A DNA stretch of 64,000 bases, taken from NCBI GenBank assembly GCA_965219415.1, contig CBDCNP010000002.1, positions 3,904,001 to 3,968,000 on the forward strand. Reading direction: 5' to 3'. Under the pieces are notes generated by a model. The model ran no database searches, was not told the origin of the DNA, and worked only from the letters and a program-made list of their open reading frames with translations. Source of the stretch: Candidatus Marinacidobacterales bacterium. GTDB taxonomy: Bacteria > Acidobacteriota > Vicinamibacteria > Marinacidobacterales > DATDRI01. The translations under genes were made by a program, and so were the position numbers. The number at the start of each line of letters is the position of its first letter. Within the stretch, counting starts at the first letter, position 1. This document shows, one piece after another, positions 9,863 to 18,656 of the stretch.

Positions 9863-10917
9863 GCGAACGGGTAAGCACCGTCTTCACGATCGGCCACTCC
9901 ACGCACTCGATGGAAGCGTTCGTGGCACTGTTGAAGCTGCACTACGTGACAGCGCTAGCGGACGTGCGTTCCACGCCCTTTAGCCGCTTCAATCCGCAGT
10001 TCAATAAGGACGCCCTCAAGCGCGGTCTGCGTGCGCAGGGGACCAACTACGTGTTTCTGGGGCGCGAACTCGGGGCCCGATCAAACGATCCATCGTGCTA
10101 CGAGAATGGCCGCGTGCAATACAGGCGGTTGGCACGGACGGAGTTGTTCCGCCGTGGTATCGAACGCGTAATCTCCGGGGCGCAGGAGCACCGCATTGTG
10201 CTCATGTGTGCCGAGAGGGAGCCTTTAGAGTGTCACCGAACACTGCTCGTTGCCCGCGCGCTGGATGAACAGCAGGTCGCCGTGACCCACATCCTGAGCG
10301 ACGGTCGGTTGGAAAGCCATGGCGAAGCCATGGACAGACTGCTCGACGTAGCTGGACTGCCGCATGAAGACCTGTTCCGATCGCGACAGGATTTGATTGC
10401 GCAGGCATTGGTACGACAGGAAGACAAAGTGGCGTACGTGGATGAGAAGCTGGCGGCCGAGGTATTCGAGAGAGGGACAGTGAAGCGCTTCACTATTGGA
10501 TTCACCAAGAAGCCCGCGCGGTGTTTCTTCGAGTTGCTGCGCAGCTCCGGCGCCAAGCGCGTAGTGGACGTGCGACTTAACAATGTCTCGCAGCTTGCCG
10601 CCTTCGCAAAGAAGGAGGACCTTGCTTACTTCCTCAGAGAGCTTTGCGGGATGGATTACGTCCACCTGCCAGCGTTGGCACCGACCCAGGACATGCTGAA
10701 CGAATACAAGAAGCAGCGTGGCGATTGGAAGACCTATGAGGCACGCTTCAACACGTTGATGAGACAACGGCGAATCGAGGGCACGGTCCCGAAGGACGTG
10801 ATCGCTAATAGCTGCTTACTCTGCAGCGAGGACAAGCCGCACCATTGTCATCGCTGGCTTGTGGCGGAGTACCTCAAACAATATTGGGGCAACGTCGATG
10901 TCACCCATCTTGGCTAG
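9859..10917 (+). CDS. Two DUF488-family proteins in one frame (second start GTG at 10480)
   Basis: FTIGHS..DVRSTP..MCAEREPLECHR, then FTIGFTKK..DVRLNN..LCSEDKPHHCHR. Confidence 0.88.
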   Translation: MSERVSTVFTIGHSTHSMEAFVALLKLHYVTALADVRSTPFSRFNPQFNKDALKRGLRAQGTNYVFLGRELGARSNDPSCYENGRVQYRRLARTELFRRGIERVISGAQEHRIVLMCAEREPLECHRTLLVARALDEQQVAVTHILSDGRLESHGEAMDRLLDVAGLPHEDLFRSRQDLIAQALVRQEDKVAYVDEKLAAEVFERGTVKRFTIGFTKKPARCFFELLRSSGAKRVVDVRLNNVSQLAAFAKKEDLAYFLRELCGMDYVHLPALAPTQDMLNEYKKQRGDWKTYEARFNTLMRQRRIEGTVPKDVIANSCLLCSEDKPHHCHRWLVAEYLKQYWGNVDVTHLG

Positions 10918-10964
10918 TTGTAATGAACCTTATGAGGCGCCCGCTCGTGTGCTCGAATTGAACC

Positions 10965-11486
10965 CGTCCTGTGCCAAAACTCGGCCCTTTTGAAAAGACC
11001 ACAAATCAGCAGCTTAGACGCCCTGGAATCCGCGCAGAATCCAGGGCATTTCGCGCCGCAGGGCTGGCTTCCGACCCCTGGGCTGCGGGTGGCGGGCGAC
11101 AGGCCCATTGGGGTACGCACGGCTGGCTCAAATCGGCTGTGGGGCGAGCTACGGGCAGTGAACTGATGTCGCCGAATGTCAGGCACCACGTGGTGAGCCC
11201 AGCCGGCATCGACGAAAGAACTGCGCCTCTCGAAATCAGGTGTCAAACTCTAGCACGCGAACGGGTTACGCGGCGGCGACCAACATTTGACTGTGGAAGC
11301 ACCCTTCACCACCCGGCACGCCCGGCGCTCGGAAACGCCCAGCTCGCGGCACACCTGAAACACCGCTTCACGGCGCCGGGCTGGGCTCAATAGTTTCCCT
11401 CGGCCACCTCCCGGAAAATCGACAGGTCGAGTTCCTTCTCGGCCAGAAGCTTCTTCAGCTGCTCGTTTGTGTTTTTGGACACGACG
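10965..11486. mobile_element. Nested debris: rve-A left end with non-coding segment, IS1-like left end, IS407-like fragment, rve-B end
   Basis: CGTCCTGTGCCAAAA at 10965; GGAAGCACC ending 11303; IS3 orfA/B junction 11305-11464; TTTTTGGACACGACG ending 11486. Confidence 0.8.
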
Positions 11487-11499
11487 CGCTCCAGGAACG

Positions 11500-11536
11500 T
11501 TGCATTTTGTATAGTATTTAGTATATACTAAATATC
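11500..11536 (+). promoter_or_regulatory. Sigma70-like promoter with overlapping 20-bp palindromic operator; leaderless start
   Basis: TTGCAT(11500)-18 nt-TATACT(11524); perfect palindrome TATTTAGTATATACTAAATA at 11515-11534; ATG 7 nt after the -10 box; no SD. Confidence 0.75.
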
Positions 11537-11890
11537 ATGACTAACTTCGGTACTCACGTTCGAAAGCTGAGGGAGGCCAAACGAGAGAAGGACTCGCAGT
11601 ATTCAGTCCGTCGGGTCGCCGCCCGGATTGGAGTCCAACCGTCCTATCTGAGCAAGGTTGAGCGAGGCTATGAAGCCCCGCCCTCCGAGCCCAGGATTCG
11701 AGCGCTGGCTGAGGACCTTGGCGAGGACCCAGACATACTGCTAGCTCTGGCTGGGAAGGTGTCCCGGGACCTTCAAGACATCATCCGTCGCCGGCCAACC
11801 CTCATGGCGCAGATCATTCGTGAGCTGAAGAGCTTGCCGGACCACGCGATCCTCCGAATCGTACGCGAGGTACGTGACGGAGACTGGTAA
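11537..11890 (+). CDS. XRE-family HTH transcriptional regulator
   Basis: SVRRVAARIGVQPSYLSKVERG..PPSE..DILLALAGKV. Confidence 0.9.
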   Translation: MTNFGTHVRKLREAKREKDSQYSVRRVAARIGVQPSYLSKVERGYEAPPSEPRIRALAEDLGEDPDILLALAGKVSRDLQDIIRRRPTLMAQIIRELKSLPDHAILRIVREVRDGDW

Positions 11891-11908
11891 AGAAAAGGAG
11901 AACACTCA

Positions 11909-12934
11909 ATGGTGGAATTGATCGATGACGGTCTAAACTTCTCGTTTCCGGAGGTTCATCCACAGGCACGACTCCGCATCGAGTTTCAGCGTACCCTGCG
12001 TATCCCTGACGACGGAGAGGTGCACTTCCTGCCGCCCGGATTGGGAACCTTTCCGCTCAAGCATGTCGATGACTTCGGGACACGTGTCCCGTCTCCGTGG
12101 GTAACCCACGGGGGTGTGCTGTTGCCGATGTATCAGTCTGAGGCCTTATGGATATACCTCGACGGGACCTCGGTCGATGGGCACGGCACCGAGTACCCGT
12201 TCGCGGTGAAAGTCGCTGCGGGAAAGATCGATGCGGTCACGGGAAAGACGTGGACGAACGAGCTGGGCACGAACCCGCAAAACTACATGGTCGTCCCGGA
12301 ACAGCCTTGGCTCGACGGCTTCTGTGTCGACAAGGGCGTCATTCGGCAATTCGTGGCAATGCCACTGGGTGGTGGATACACAGCCGAGGAACAAGTGACC
12401 GGGAAGGCTGAGTATGGTGGGCTCCAAATCCTCGTACATCCCATGCGACGAGACGTGTTCGAGCGCCGATTTCCAGAGCGCCCAGAGGTAGTGTATGCGC
12501 GCGAACCAGAGGACCACGCTTGCTTCAGCCCCGCGAGCGCTGACATGGGGCTGGCCCCGGGTGGGCGGATGAAGCAAGAGATCTTCGAGGATCCCTTCGG
12601 CATCGACGAATGGGATAGAACCGCGGGCAGTCGCTGCTACGTGCACATGGCCAACTCACTGGTGTGGGAAGCGATCACCGGAGAGAAGCCTCCCACACCC
12701 CCGCCGACCGCGAAGACCTATACGGACAATGGGCTGCCTTGGTTCGACTACTACGCGGAGGGAAGCAAAGCACTCGAAGGTGCCGAGGAGCTCAAGCGAC
12801 TCAAGAGCGTCCTTGAGATGGGGAACCAAAAAGGCGACACGCCCCTACCAGAGAACGAATCCGTTGCCCCGGACCGGGTGATACGGTATCGCGATGGCCG
12901 GGCCAAGAGACAAGTACGCGACGGAGTGTTTTGA
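11909..12934 (+). CDS. Conserved protein of unknown function (341 aa)
   Basis: SD AAGGAG; motifs FQRTLRIPDD, LPPGLGTFPL, PMYQSEALW, QPWLDG, IRQFVAMPLG, MGLAPGG, GLPWFDYY. Confidence 0.88.
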   Translation: MVELIDDGLNFSFPEVHPQARLRIEFQRTLRIPDDGEVHFLPPGLGTFPLKHVDDFGTRVPSPWVTHGGVLLPMYQSEALWIYLDGTSVDGHGTEYPFAVKVAAGKIDAVTGKTWTNELGTNPQNYMVVPEQPWLDGFCVDKGVIRQFVAMPLGGGYTAEEQVTGKAEYGGLQILVHPMRRDVFERRFPERPEVVYAREPEDHACFSPASADMGLAPGGRMKQEIFEDPFGIDEWDRTAGSRCYVHMANSLVWEAITGEKPPTPPPTAKTYTDNGLPWFDYYAEGSKALEGAEELKRLKSVLEMGNQKGDTPLPENESVAPDRVIRYRDGRAKRQVRDGVF

Positions 12935-13041
12935 TGGCCACTCCCCCGATATCCAACCACTGGATCTATAGGAGATTCAATATCTCATAGCTGAGGCGCT
13001 CGAATCAGCCGGGTCGCAGTCACCCGCGTTTCTCATTCCGG

Positions 13042-13207
13042 GGTGCTTGCGCTGTTTGCTGTTGGTAATGTGTACGCATCCCTTTGCAAAAAAAGCGCTT
13101 ACGCTCCTTTTGGCGCGCGGCGAAGGTCGCGAGCGATATTTTGGCTGTAATTCAATGCAGCGTAAAGTCTTAGCGTCATCTCACCAACACTTAATGGCGG
13201 AAGCACC
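13042..13207. mobile_element. MITE with IS1-family ends, copy 2 (166 bp)
   Basis: Colinear with 9577-9774 minus the duplication. Confidence 0.85.
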
Positions 13208-13244
13208 GGTCTACTTCAAAAGGGCCGAGTTTTGGCACAGGACG
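13208..13244. mobile_element. rve-A left end (truncated by the MITE)
   Basis: TTCAAAAGGGCCGAGTTTTGGCACAGGACG. Confidence 0.85.
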
Positions 13245-13821
13245 GGACCGAGACAATTACCCCGAAATGCTCGTTGAGATTACCCGCGTCGCCGGGTTCA
13301 CCCAGACCCACCACGACGAAGTGTCGACTCACTACCAGGTCGAGCTGGAAGCCAAGCTGACCGTCAAGGAAAGCGTCAAACACCTGACGATTCCGGCGAC
13401 ACTGACCTTCATCCCCTCGACCTTTCGGACCACGGCGCGCCTCGACGGCGATCTCTTGTTTCTGGAGGGTTCCTTCACAGTCAACCTGAAGGAGTTGGGT
13501 TGGGAGGTCCCGTCACCTGATTGGGCCGATCGCATTGCCGATGACCTCGAGGTCAACATCTACCTTTCGATGAGCACGGCTTCGCCGGATCGATCGATTG
13601 ATCCGCGGCTCGATCCAACGAACTACGCCAAGCGGCTCAGGTTCGTGACCCTGCTTCGCGATCTAGAGGACCCCGACGCGGCGTATGAGTTCGGTTATGC
13701 CTTCATGAAGGAGATCTGGGATCAAGACGTGGAGCTTAGCCTGTTGGCCGACGCGACTCTGTCCTCGCCCGGCATCGCCCGGAGAGATCTCCGCTTTGCC
13801 CTCGAGGCCGCGCGCGAATAG
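13245..13821 (+). pseudogene. YceI-like protein, 5'-truncated
   Basis: YPEM..VELEAKLTVKESVKHLTIPATL..GSFTVNLKELG..IADDLEV; the frame begins at the element end. Confidence 0.6.
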
Positions 13822-13944
13822 CCCGGTCGTTTGGAACTTTCAATCGAGCTCGGCGTTATACCCATTGTAGATAACGATCGGGGCCGGTTCCGGGCTCCCG
13901 GAGACAGCCGCGGGGAGCGTTTTGCTGCGAAGAGGAGAAATACG

Positions 13945-15693
13945 ATGTTTTCCAAGTGGCTCACATTGGTTGTAACGCTGTTCCTATTTGTTCCTCGAGT
14001 CGCGGACGCCCAGGATGCATCCGTCAGCGAAGCCGGAGTGGTCAAAGGCGAGCTGGGAAAAAAGATCGATGACTACATGACGCGCATTACCCCTTTTGGT
14101 TTTTCCGGGGCCCTGCTGGTGGCCAAAGACGGCGAGATCATCCTGAACAAGGGTTACGGGATGGCGATCCGGGCGCGGGATGTTTCGAATACCGAAGAGA
14201 CGGTACTCAACACCGGCTCGCTCACCAAGCAATTCACCGCCGCCGGCATCATGAAGCTGGAAATGTTGGGCAAGCTCGACACCGGTGATCCCATAAGCAA
14301 ATATCTGGAAGGGGTGCCAGCAGACAAGGAAAAGCTCACGCTACACCACCTCCTCACCCATACTTCCGGAGTTATCGGTGGGACCGGCGACGACTACGTC
14401 ATTGCCCAGCGTGATGAGACGGTGAAGAAAATTCTAGAGGCCCCCCTCGAGTTCCAACCGGGCGAACGCTTTCAATACTCCAACGCAGGTTACTCGATGC
14501 TGGCGGCGATCATCGAAAAGGTCTCTGGACAATCCTACGAAGCCTTCTTGAACGAGCATTTGTTCACCCCGGCGGGGATGTCGTTTACCGGATACCGGTT
14601 ACCGAAGTGGGGCGAGCGGGTGGTGGCGCATTGGTACGTTGGAGATCAAGACAACGGCACACCTCTCGAAAAGCCTTATCCTTCCTGGAACGTGATCGGA
14701 AACGGCGAGATACTCTCCACGACCGAGGACATGTACAGATGGCACTTGGCCCTTCTGGGCGACAAGGTTCTTTCCGAGGAGGCCAAGAAAAAACTCTACA
14801 CGCCCTTTCTGAACGACTACGCGTATGGTTGGGACGCTCTTCAAACTCCGCGCGGCCTCTTGATCCAACACGATGGTGGAAGCGGGCTGGGGAGCAGCGC
14901 CGAGATGCGACGCTATATCGACGCCGGCATCGTCACGGTAGTGATGTGTAACCAATCGTACCGAGGCGGCGGCGTGCTTTTCTCTCCGATCCGAGACAAG
15001 ATCGAGACCCTCGCCTTCGATGGCAACGTCCCTCTTCCACCGACGGTTTTACCTAACGAGCCCAGGTCTCTCGCGCAGTTCGAGGGAACGTACCGGCTCG
15101 AATCGGGTGGAGAGCTGGTCGCGAGTCTGGATCGAGGGGTGCTCACCGTGACTCCTCGTGGCCAAGAAGCGATTAACGCGCTCGTTTCCGGCGGCGCCGA
15201 TCCGGCCGCCTACCGCGCCGCGAACCGACGATCGGCCGCGGTTTTCGAGGCGGCCCTCATCGACGACTACAAGCCGTTCGAAGAGGCGCTCGAGAGAAAG
15301 GAAGGGCTCGATCGCGTGCGACGATTAATCAAGATGAGAATGGACCGCTACTGCGGCGAGACGGGCACCATTTCGCATGTCGAAATCAAGGGGACATCAC
15401 CCTTCGAAGAAAACATGCTGGCGACGACAGTGGAGCTCAAGGGCGAAGGGGGTGGCATCGTATTTCGCCTGATCTGGGAAGATGGCCACATCGTGGGTAT
15501 GGAGCCGACGCGGTCCCGAGCGGTGGGCGTGACGCCTCTGCAGCCGATATCAGGCACCGACTTCGCCGGTTATGACCTCGCCCTCGCGAAGCCGGTTCGC
15601 GTTGCCTTCACCACGGATCGCCACGGATCGCCGACAGCCATGTTGGTGTCCACCTCCGACAACCGAGTGGAGGCGAAGAGGGTGTTTCACTAA
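13945..15693 (+). CDS. Secreted serine hydrolase, beta-lactamase class C-like
   Basis: Signal peptide; SLTK (SxxK), LLTHTSG, YSN and HDGG motifs; SD GAGGAG. Confidence 0.9.
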   Translation: MFSKWLTLVVTLFLFVPRVADAQDASVSEAGVVKGELGKKIDDYMTRITPFGFSGALLVAKDGEIILNKGYGMAIRARDVSNTEETVLNTGSLTKQFTAAGIMKLEMLGKLDTGDPISKYLEGVPADKEKLTLHHLLTHTSGVIGGTGDDYVIAQRDETVKKILEAPLEFQPGERFQYSNAGYSMLAAIIEKVSGQSYEAFLNEHLFTPAGMSFTGYRLPKWGERVVAHWYVGDQDNGTPLEKPYPSWNVIGNGEILSTTEDMYRWHLALLGDKVLSEEAKKKLYTPFLNDYAYGWDALQTPRGLLIQHDGGSGLGSSAEMRRYIDAGIVTVVMCNQSYRGGGVLFSPIRDKIETLAFDGNVPLPPTVLPNEPRSLAQFEGTYRLESGGELVASLDRGVLTVTPRGQEAINALVSGGADPAAYRAANRRSAAVFEAALIDDYKPFEEALERKEGLDRVRRLIKMRMDRYCGETGTISHVEIKGTSPFEENMLATTVELKGEGGGIVFRLIWEDGHIVGMEPTRSRAVGVTPLQPISGTDFAGYDLALAKPVRVAFTTDRHGSPTAMLVSTSDNRVEAKRVFH

Positions 15694-15818
15694 CCGTCCA
15701 CGCTACTCCCCGCAGTCTGTGCCGAGTGACGCCGCGACATGGTGGTCACGATCTCCAAAAAACCTCACCGGAAACCGGCCCGCTCGTTGTAGTAGTCTCT
15801 TGGTTCGAAGGAGGCGTC

Positions 15819-17357
15819 ATGAAGCTACAGAGAGTCGTGGCTCTGGGGATGGTCTCATCGCTCATCGCGGCTTCCAGCCCGGGGACCGAGGACGAAGCCA
15901 ACTGGGACGCCGTTGCCCGAATCCGTGAAGAGGGGTTTCGACACTCTCGGGTAATGGATACCGCGGGATACCTCACCGATGTCTTGGGTCCTCGATTGGC
16001 CGGCTCGACGAACCTCACGAAGGCGCAGGAATGGACGGCCACGAAACTCGAGGAGTTGGGTCTGAGTAACGTTGCCCTCGAGACATTCGGCGAGCCGGTA
16101 CCGAGCTGGCAGGTCGAGTACAACTCGATCCACATGCTCGCACCGGACTACCAAATGATCATCGGTTATCCCAGGGCCTTCACTCCGGGCACGAAGGGAA
16201 AGATCGTCCGGCGGGCTCTCATCGCCGAGGTCAGGACGAAAAGCGACTTGGACCGATACCGCGGCAAACTGGCTGACGCGATCGTGCTCATCGAACCAGA
16301 AAAACCGACCCCGCCGAGATTCACACCGGAAGCGTGGCGGCATGATGCCGTGTCCCTGGCAAACATCTGGGGGTTCGGCCAGCAGCCGGAACGACCGAAG
16401 GAGCACGAGGAAGATCCCGAAACACTCAGCTTCGAAGAGCGCGTGGCGTTCTTTCGGGCGCAAGACGCCGCGGTGCTGCTCGAACCGGGCGGCAGCGACA
16501 ACGGGACCGTACTCGTCGACGGGCGCCCGCGACGCGAGGATCGGAGCCCAGTGCCGCTTTCGGAATTACTTCCGATATTGACGGTAGCTGCAGAGCACTA
16601 CAATCGAATCCATCGCCTACTGGAGCGCGGTATTCCGGTCGAGTTGGAGGTCGAGGTCCGCACGAGCTCGAGTGACGGCGAAGTAATGAGACGAAACGTT
16701 ATCGGAGAGATCCCGGGCTCGGATTTGAAAGATCAAGTGGTCATGATTGGCGGCCATTTGGATTCTTGGCACGCCGGGACCGGGGCCACCGATGACGCGG
16801 CGGGATGTGCGGCGGCCATGGAAGCGATGCGGATCCTGAGAGCGGTCGGCCTAAAACCCCGTCGCACCATTCGGATCGCGCTCTGGGATCACGAGGAAGG
16901 CGGCCTCCACGGGTCGCGGGCTTACGTGCAAGAGCACTTCGGAGATCCTCGCACAGAGACGAAGCCGGCCTACGACAAGTTTTCCGGCTACTTCAACATG
17001 GACGTAGGCAGCGGGCAGTTTCGAGGCGTTTTCTTGCAGGAGATCGACGCGGTTGGTCCCATCTTCGAAGAATGGATGAAGCCTTTTCATGACTTGGGCA
17101 TGGAGAAACTCACCCGGCAGAATACGGGCGGGTCCGACCATCTCGCGTTTACCGAGGCGGGTTTGCCGGGATGGCAGTTCATTCAGGACGAGCTGAACTA
17201 CGAGAACCGGATCGTTCATTCCAATATGGATGTGTACGACAAGCTGGTAGAACGAGACTTGATGACCAATGCGGTGATTCTTGCGAGTTTCGCTTTTCAT
17301 GCTGCGATGCGGGAAGAAAGGCTTCCGCGCAAGCCTTTGGAGGAGGAAGGGCACTGA
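15819..17357 (+). CDS. M28-family peptidase (carboxypeptidase Q-like)
   Basis: GGHLDSW, GATDD, HEEGG, GSDH and VHSNMD zinc-ligand motifs. Confidence 0.9.
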   Translation: MKLQRVVALGMVSSLIAASSPGTEDEANWDAVARIREEGFRHSRVMDTAGYLTDVLGPRLAGSTNLTKAQEWTATKLEELGLSNVALETFGEPVPSWQVEYNSIHMLAPDYQMIIGYPRAFTPGTKGKIVRRALIAEVRTKSDLDRYRGKLADAIVLIEPEKPTPPRFTPEAWRHDAVSLANIWGFGQQPERPKEHEEDPETLSFEERVAFFRAQDAAVLLEPGGSDNGTVLVDGRPRREDRSPVPLSELLPILTVAAEHYNRIHRLLERGIPVELEVEVRTSSSDGEVMRRNVIGEIPGSDLKDQVVMIGGHLDSWHAGTGATDDAAGCAAAMEAMRILRAVGLKPRRTIRIALWDHEEGGLHGSRAYVQEHFGDPRTETKPAYDKFSGYFNMDVGSGQFRGVFLQEIDAVGPIFEEWMKPFHDLGMEKLTRQNTGGSDHLAFTEAGLPGWQFIQDELNYENRIVHSNMDVYDKLVERDLMTNAVILASFAFHAAMREERLPRKPLEEEGH

Positions 17358-17365
17358 AACCCGGC

Positions 17366-18454
17366 ATGCTCATTTTTCGAGAGAGACAGCTTAGGCGGCT
17401 CTTCGAAGCCATCGCTCGCAAATTCAACATGTCGGAAGAGGAGAGCGACGCCTGGATCGAGCACTGTATTTTGGTAGAGCTGCGCGGGAACTTGATGCAG
17501 GGGCTCGCCTATCTGGATCACCACTACATTCAGAGATTCAGCGACGGGCGGGTCACCTTCGGCGCCGCGTTCACCAGAGTCAAGGAAACCCCGGCGATCG
17601 TGGTACTCGACGCCGGCGGTGCGGTCGGCGCCCTGGCCGGTAAGCGGGCGATGGCGCTCGCCGTTGAGAAGGCAAAGAAGTCGGGAGCCTGCGTCGTGTC
17701 CGTTCGTCACAGCAACGACTGGGGAATGATCGGCTATGCAGCGGTGCAAGCGCTGGAGCACGATTGTATCGGCATCGCCATGGTCAATTCACGTCCCGAA
17801 GTCGCTCCTTGGGGAGGCACCGAGGCGATCTACGGGCTCAATCCCTTTTCGGTGGCGATACCCACCGAAAAACATTTTCCCATCCTGCTGGACATGTCGA
17901 GCTCCGACACGCGGGGACTCGAGGCGCAGAAGCAATTGATTCTTGGAGACGGGATCCCCGAAGGGCTGTACTACGACGAAAAGGGTGAGATCGTGACCGA
18001 CCCGACCCGATGGGGTAGTTATCTGAAGTCATGGGGCATCAGGGGTGGGGCGCAGGGAATGGCGAGCTATCGAGATCTCGGTCTTAGCGTGATGATGGAC
18101 GTTCTGGGAGGTGCTCTTTCCGGTATGTCTTGTGCCCTGGACCTCGGGACGCCCGAGCCGGCGGTCGACGGCGTCCGCACGCCGCACGGTCAATTCGTTC
18201 TGGCACTCGACGTGGCTCACTTTGTCCCCGTCGACGAGTTCAAACAGAAGGTGGACCGCATGATCGACTAGGCCAAGTCATCGCGGCTGGCCCCGGGCTT
18301 CACCGAGATCCTGATGCCGGGAGAGCGAGGCTTCCGCGAAGAGCAAAAGCGTCGTAAGGAGGGGATACCCGTTCACGAAGCGGTCTGGGAGCGGGTCAAG
18401 AAAGTCGTCGAGCCCTTGGGTATCGACGCCGACCGGATCATCGAAGCTCGCTGA
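17366..18454 (+). pseudogene. Ldh_2-family oxidoreductase with internal amber stop
   Basis: VRHSNDWG, APWGG..GLNP, LDMSS; TAG at 18269-18271, after which the frame continues AKSSRLAPGFTEILMPGE..GIPV to TGA at 18454. Confidence 0.85.
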
Positions 18455-18656
18455 AGCGAGAACCAGTTCTTCCCTTGCTTCTCGAGTGCCTTGACGAACT
18501 GCGCCGACTCGTACGGTCAACCTCCGAGTACTTGCATACAGCACCAGATTCCAAATGTTCATCAATCAAACAACCTTGTTGACAGGGGGTGGCTTTTGAC
18601 GTACTGCTTTATTGAAAGGCCTGGCGCCGGAATGCGTTCGGCAGGGAGAAGGGCTT

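Noticed and set aside
18615-18640. Possible sigma54 promoter upstream of the TonB receptor (TGGCGCCGGAATGC)
   Set aside because: GG-to-GC spacing is 9 nt rather than the required 10.
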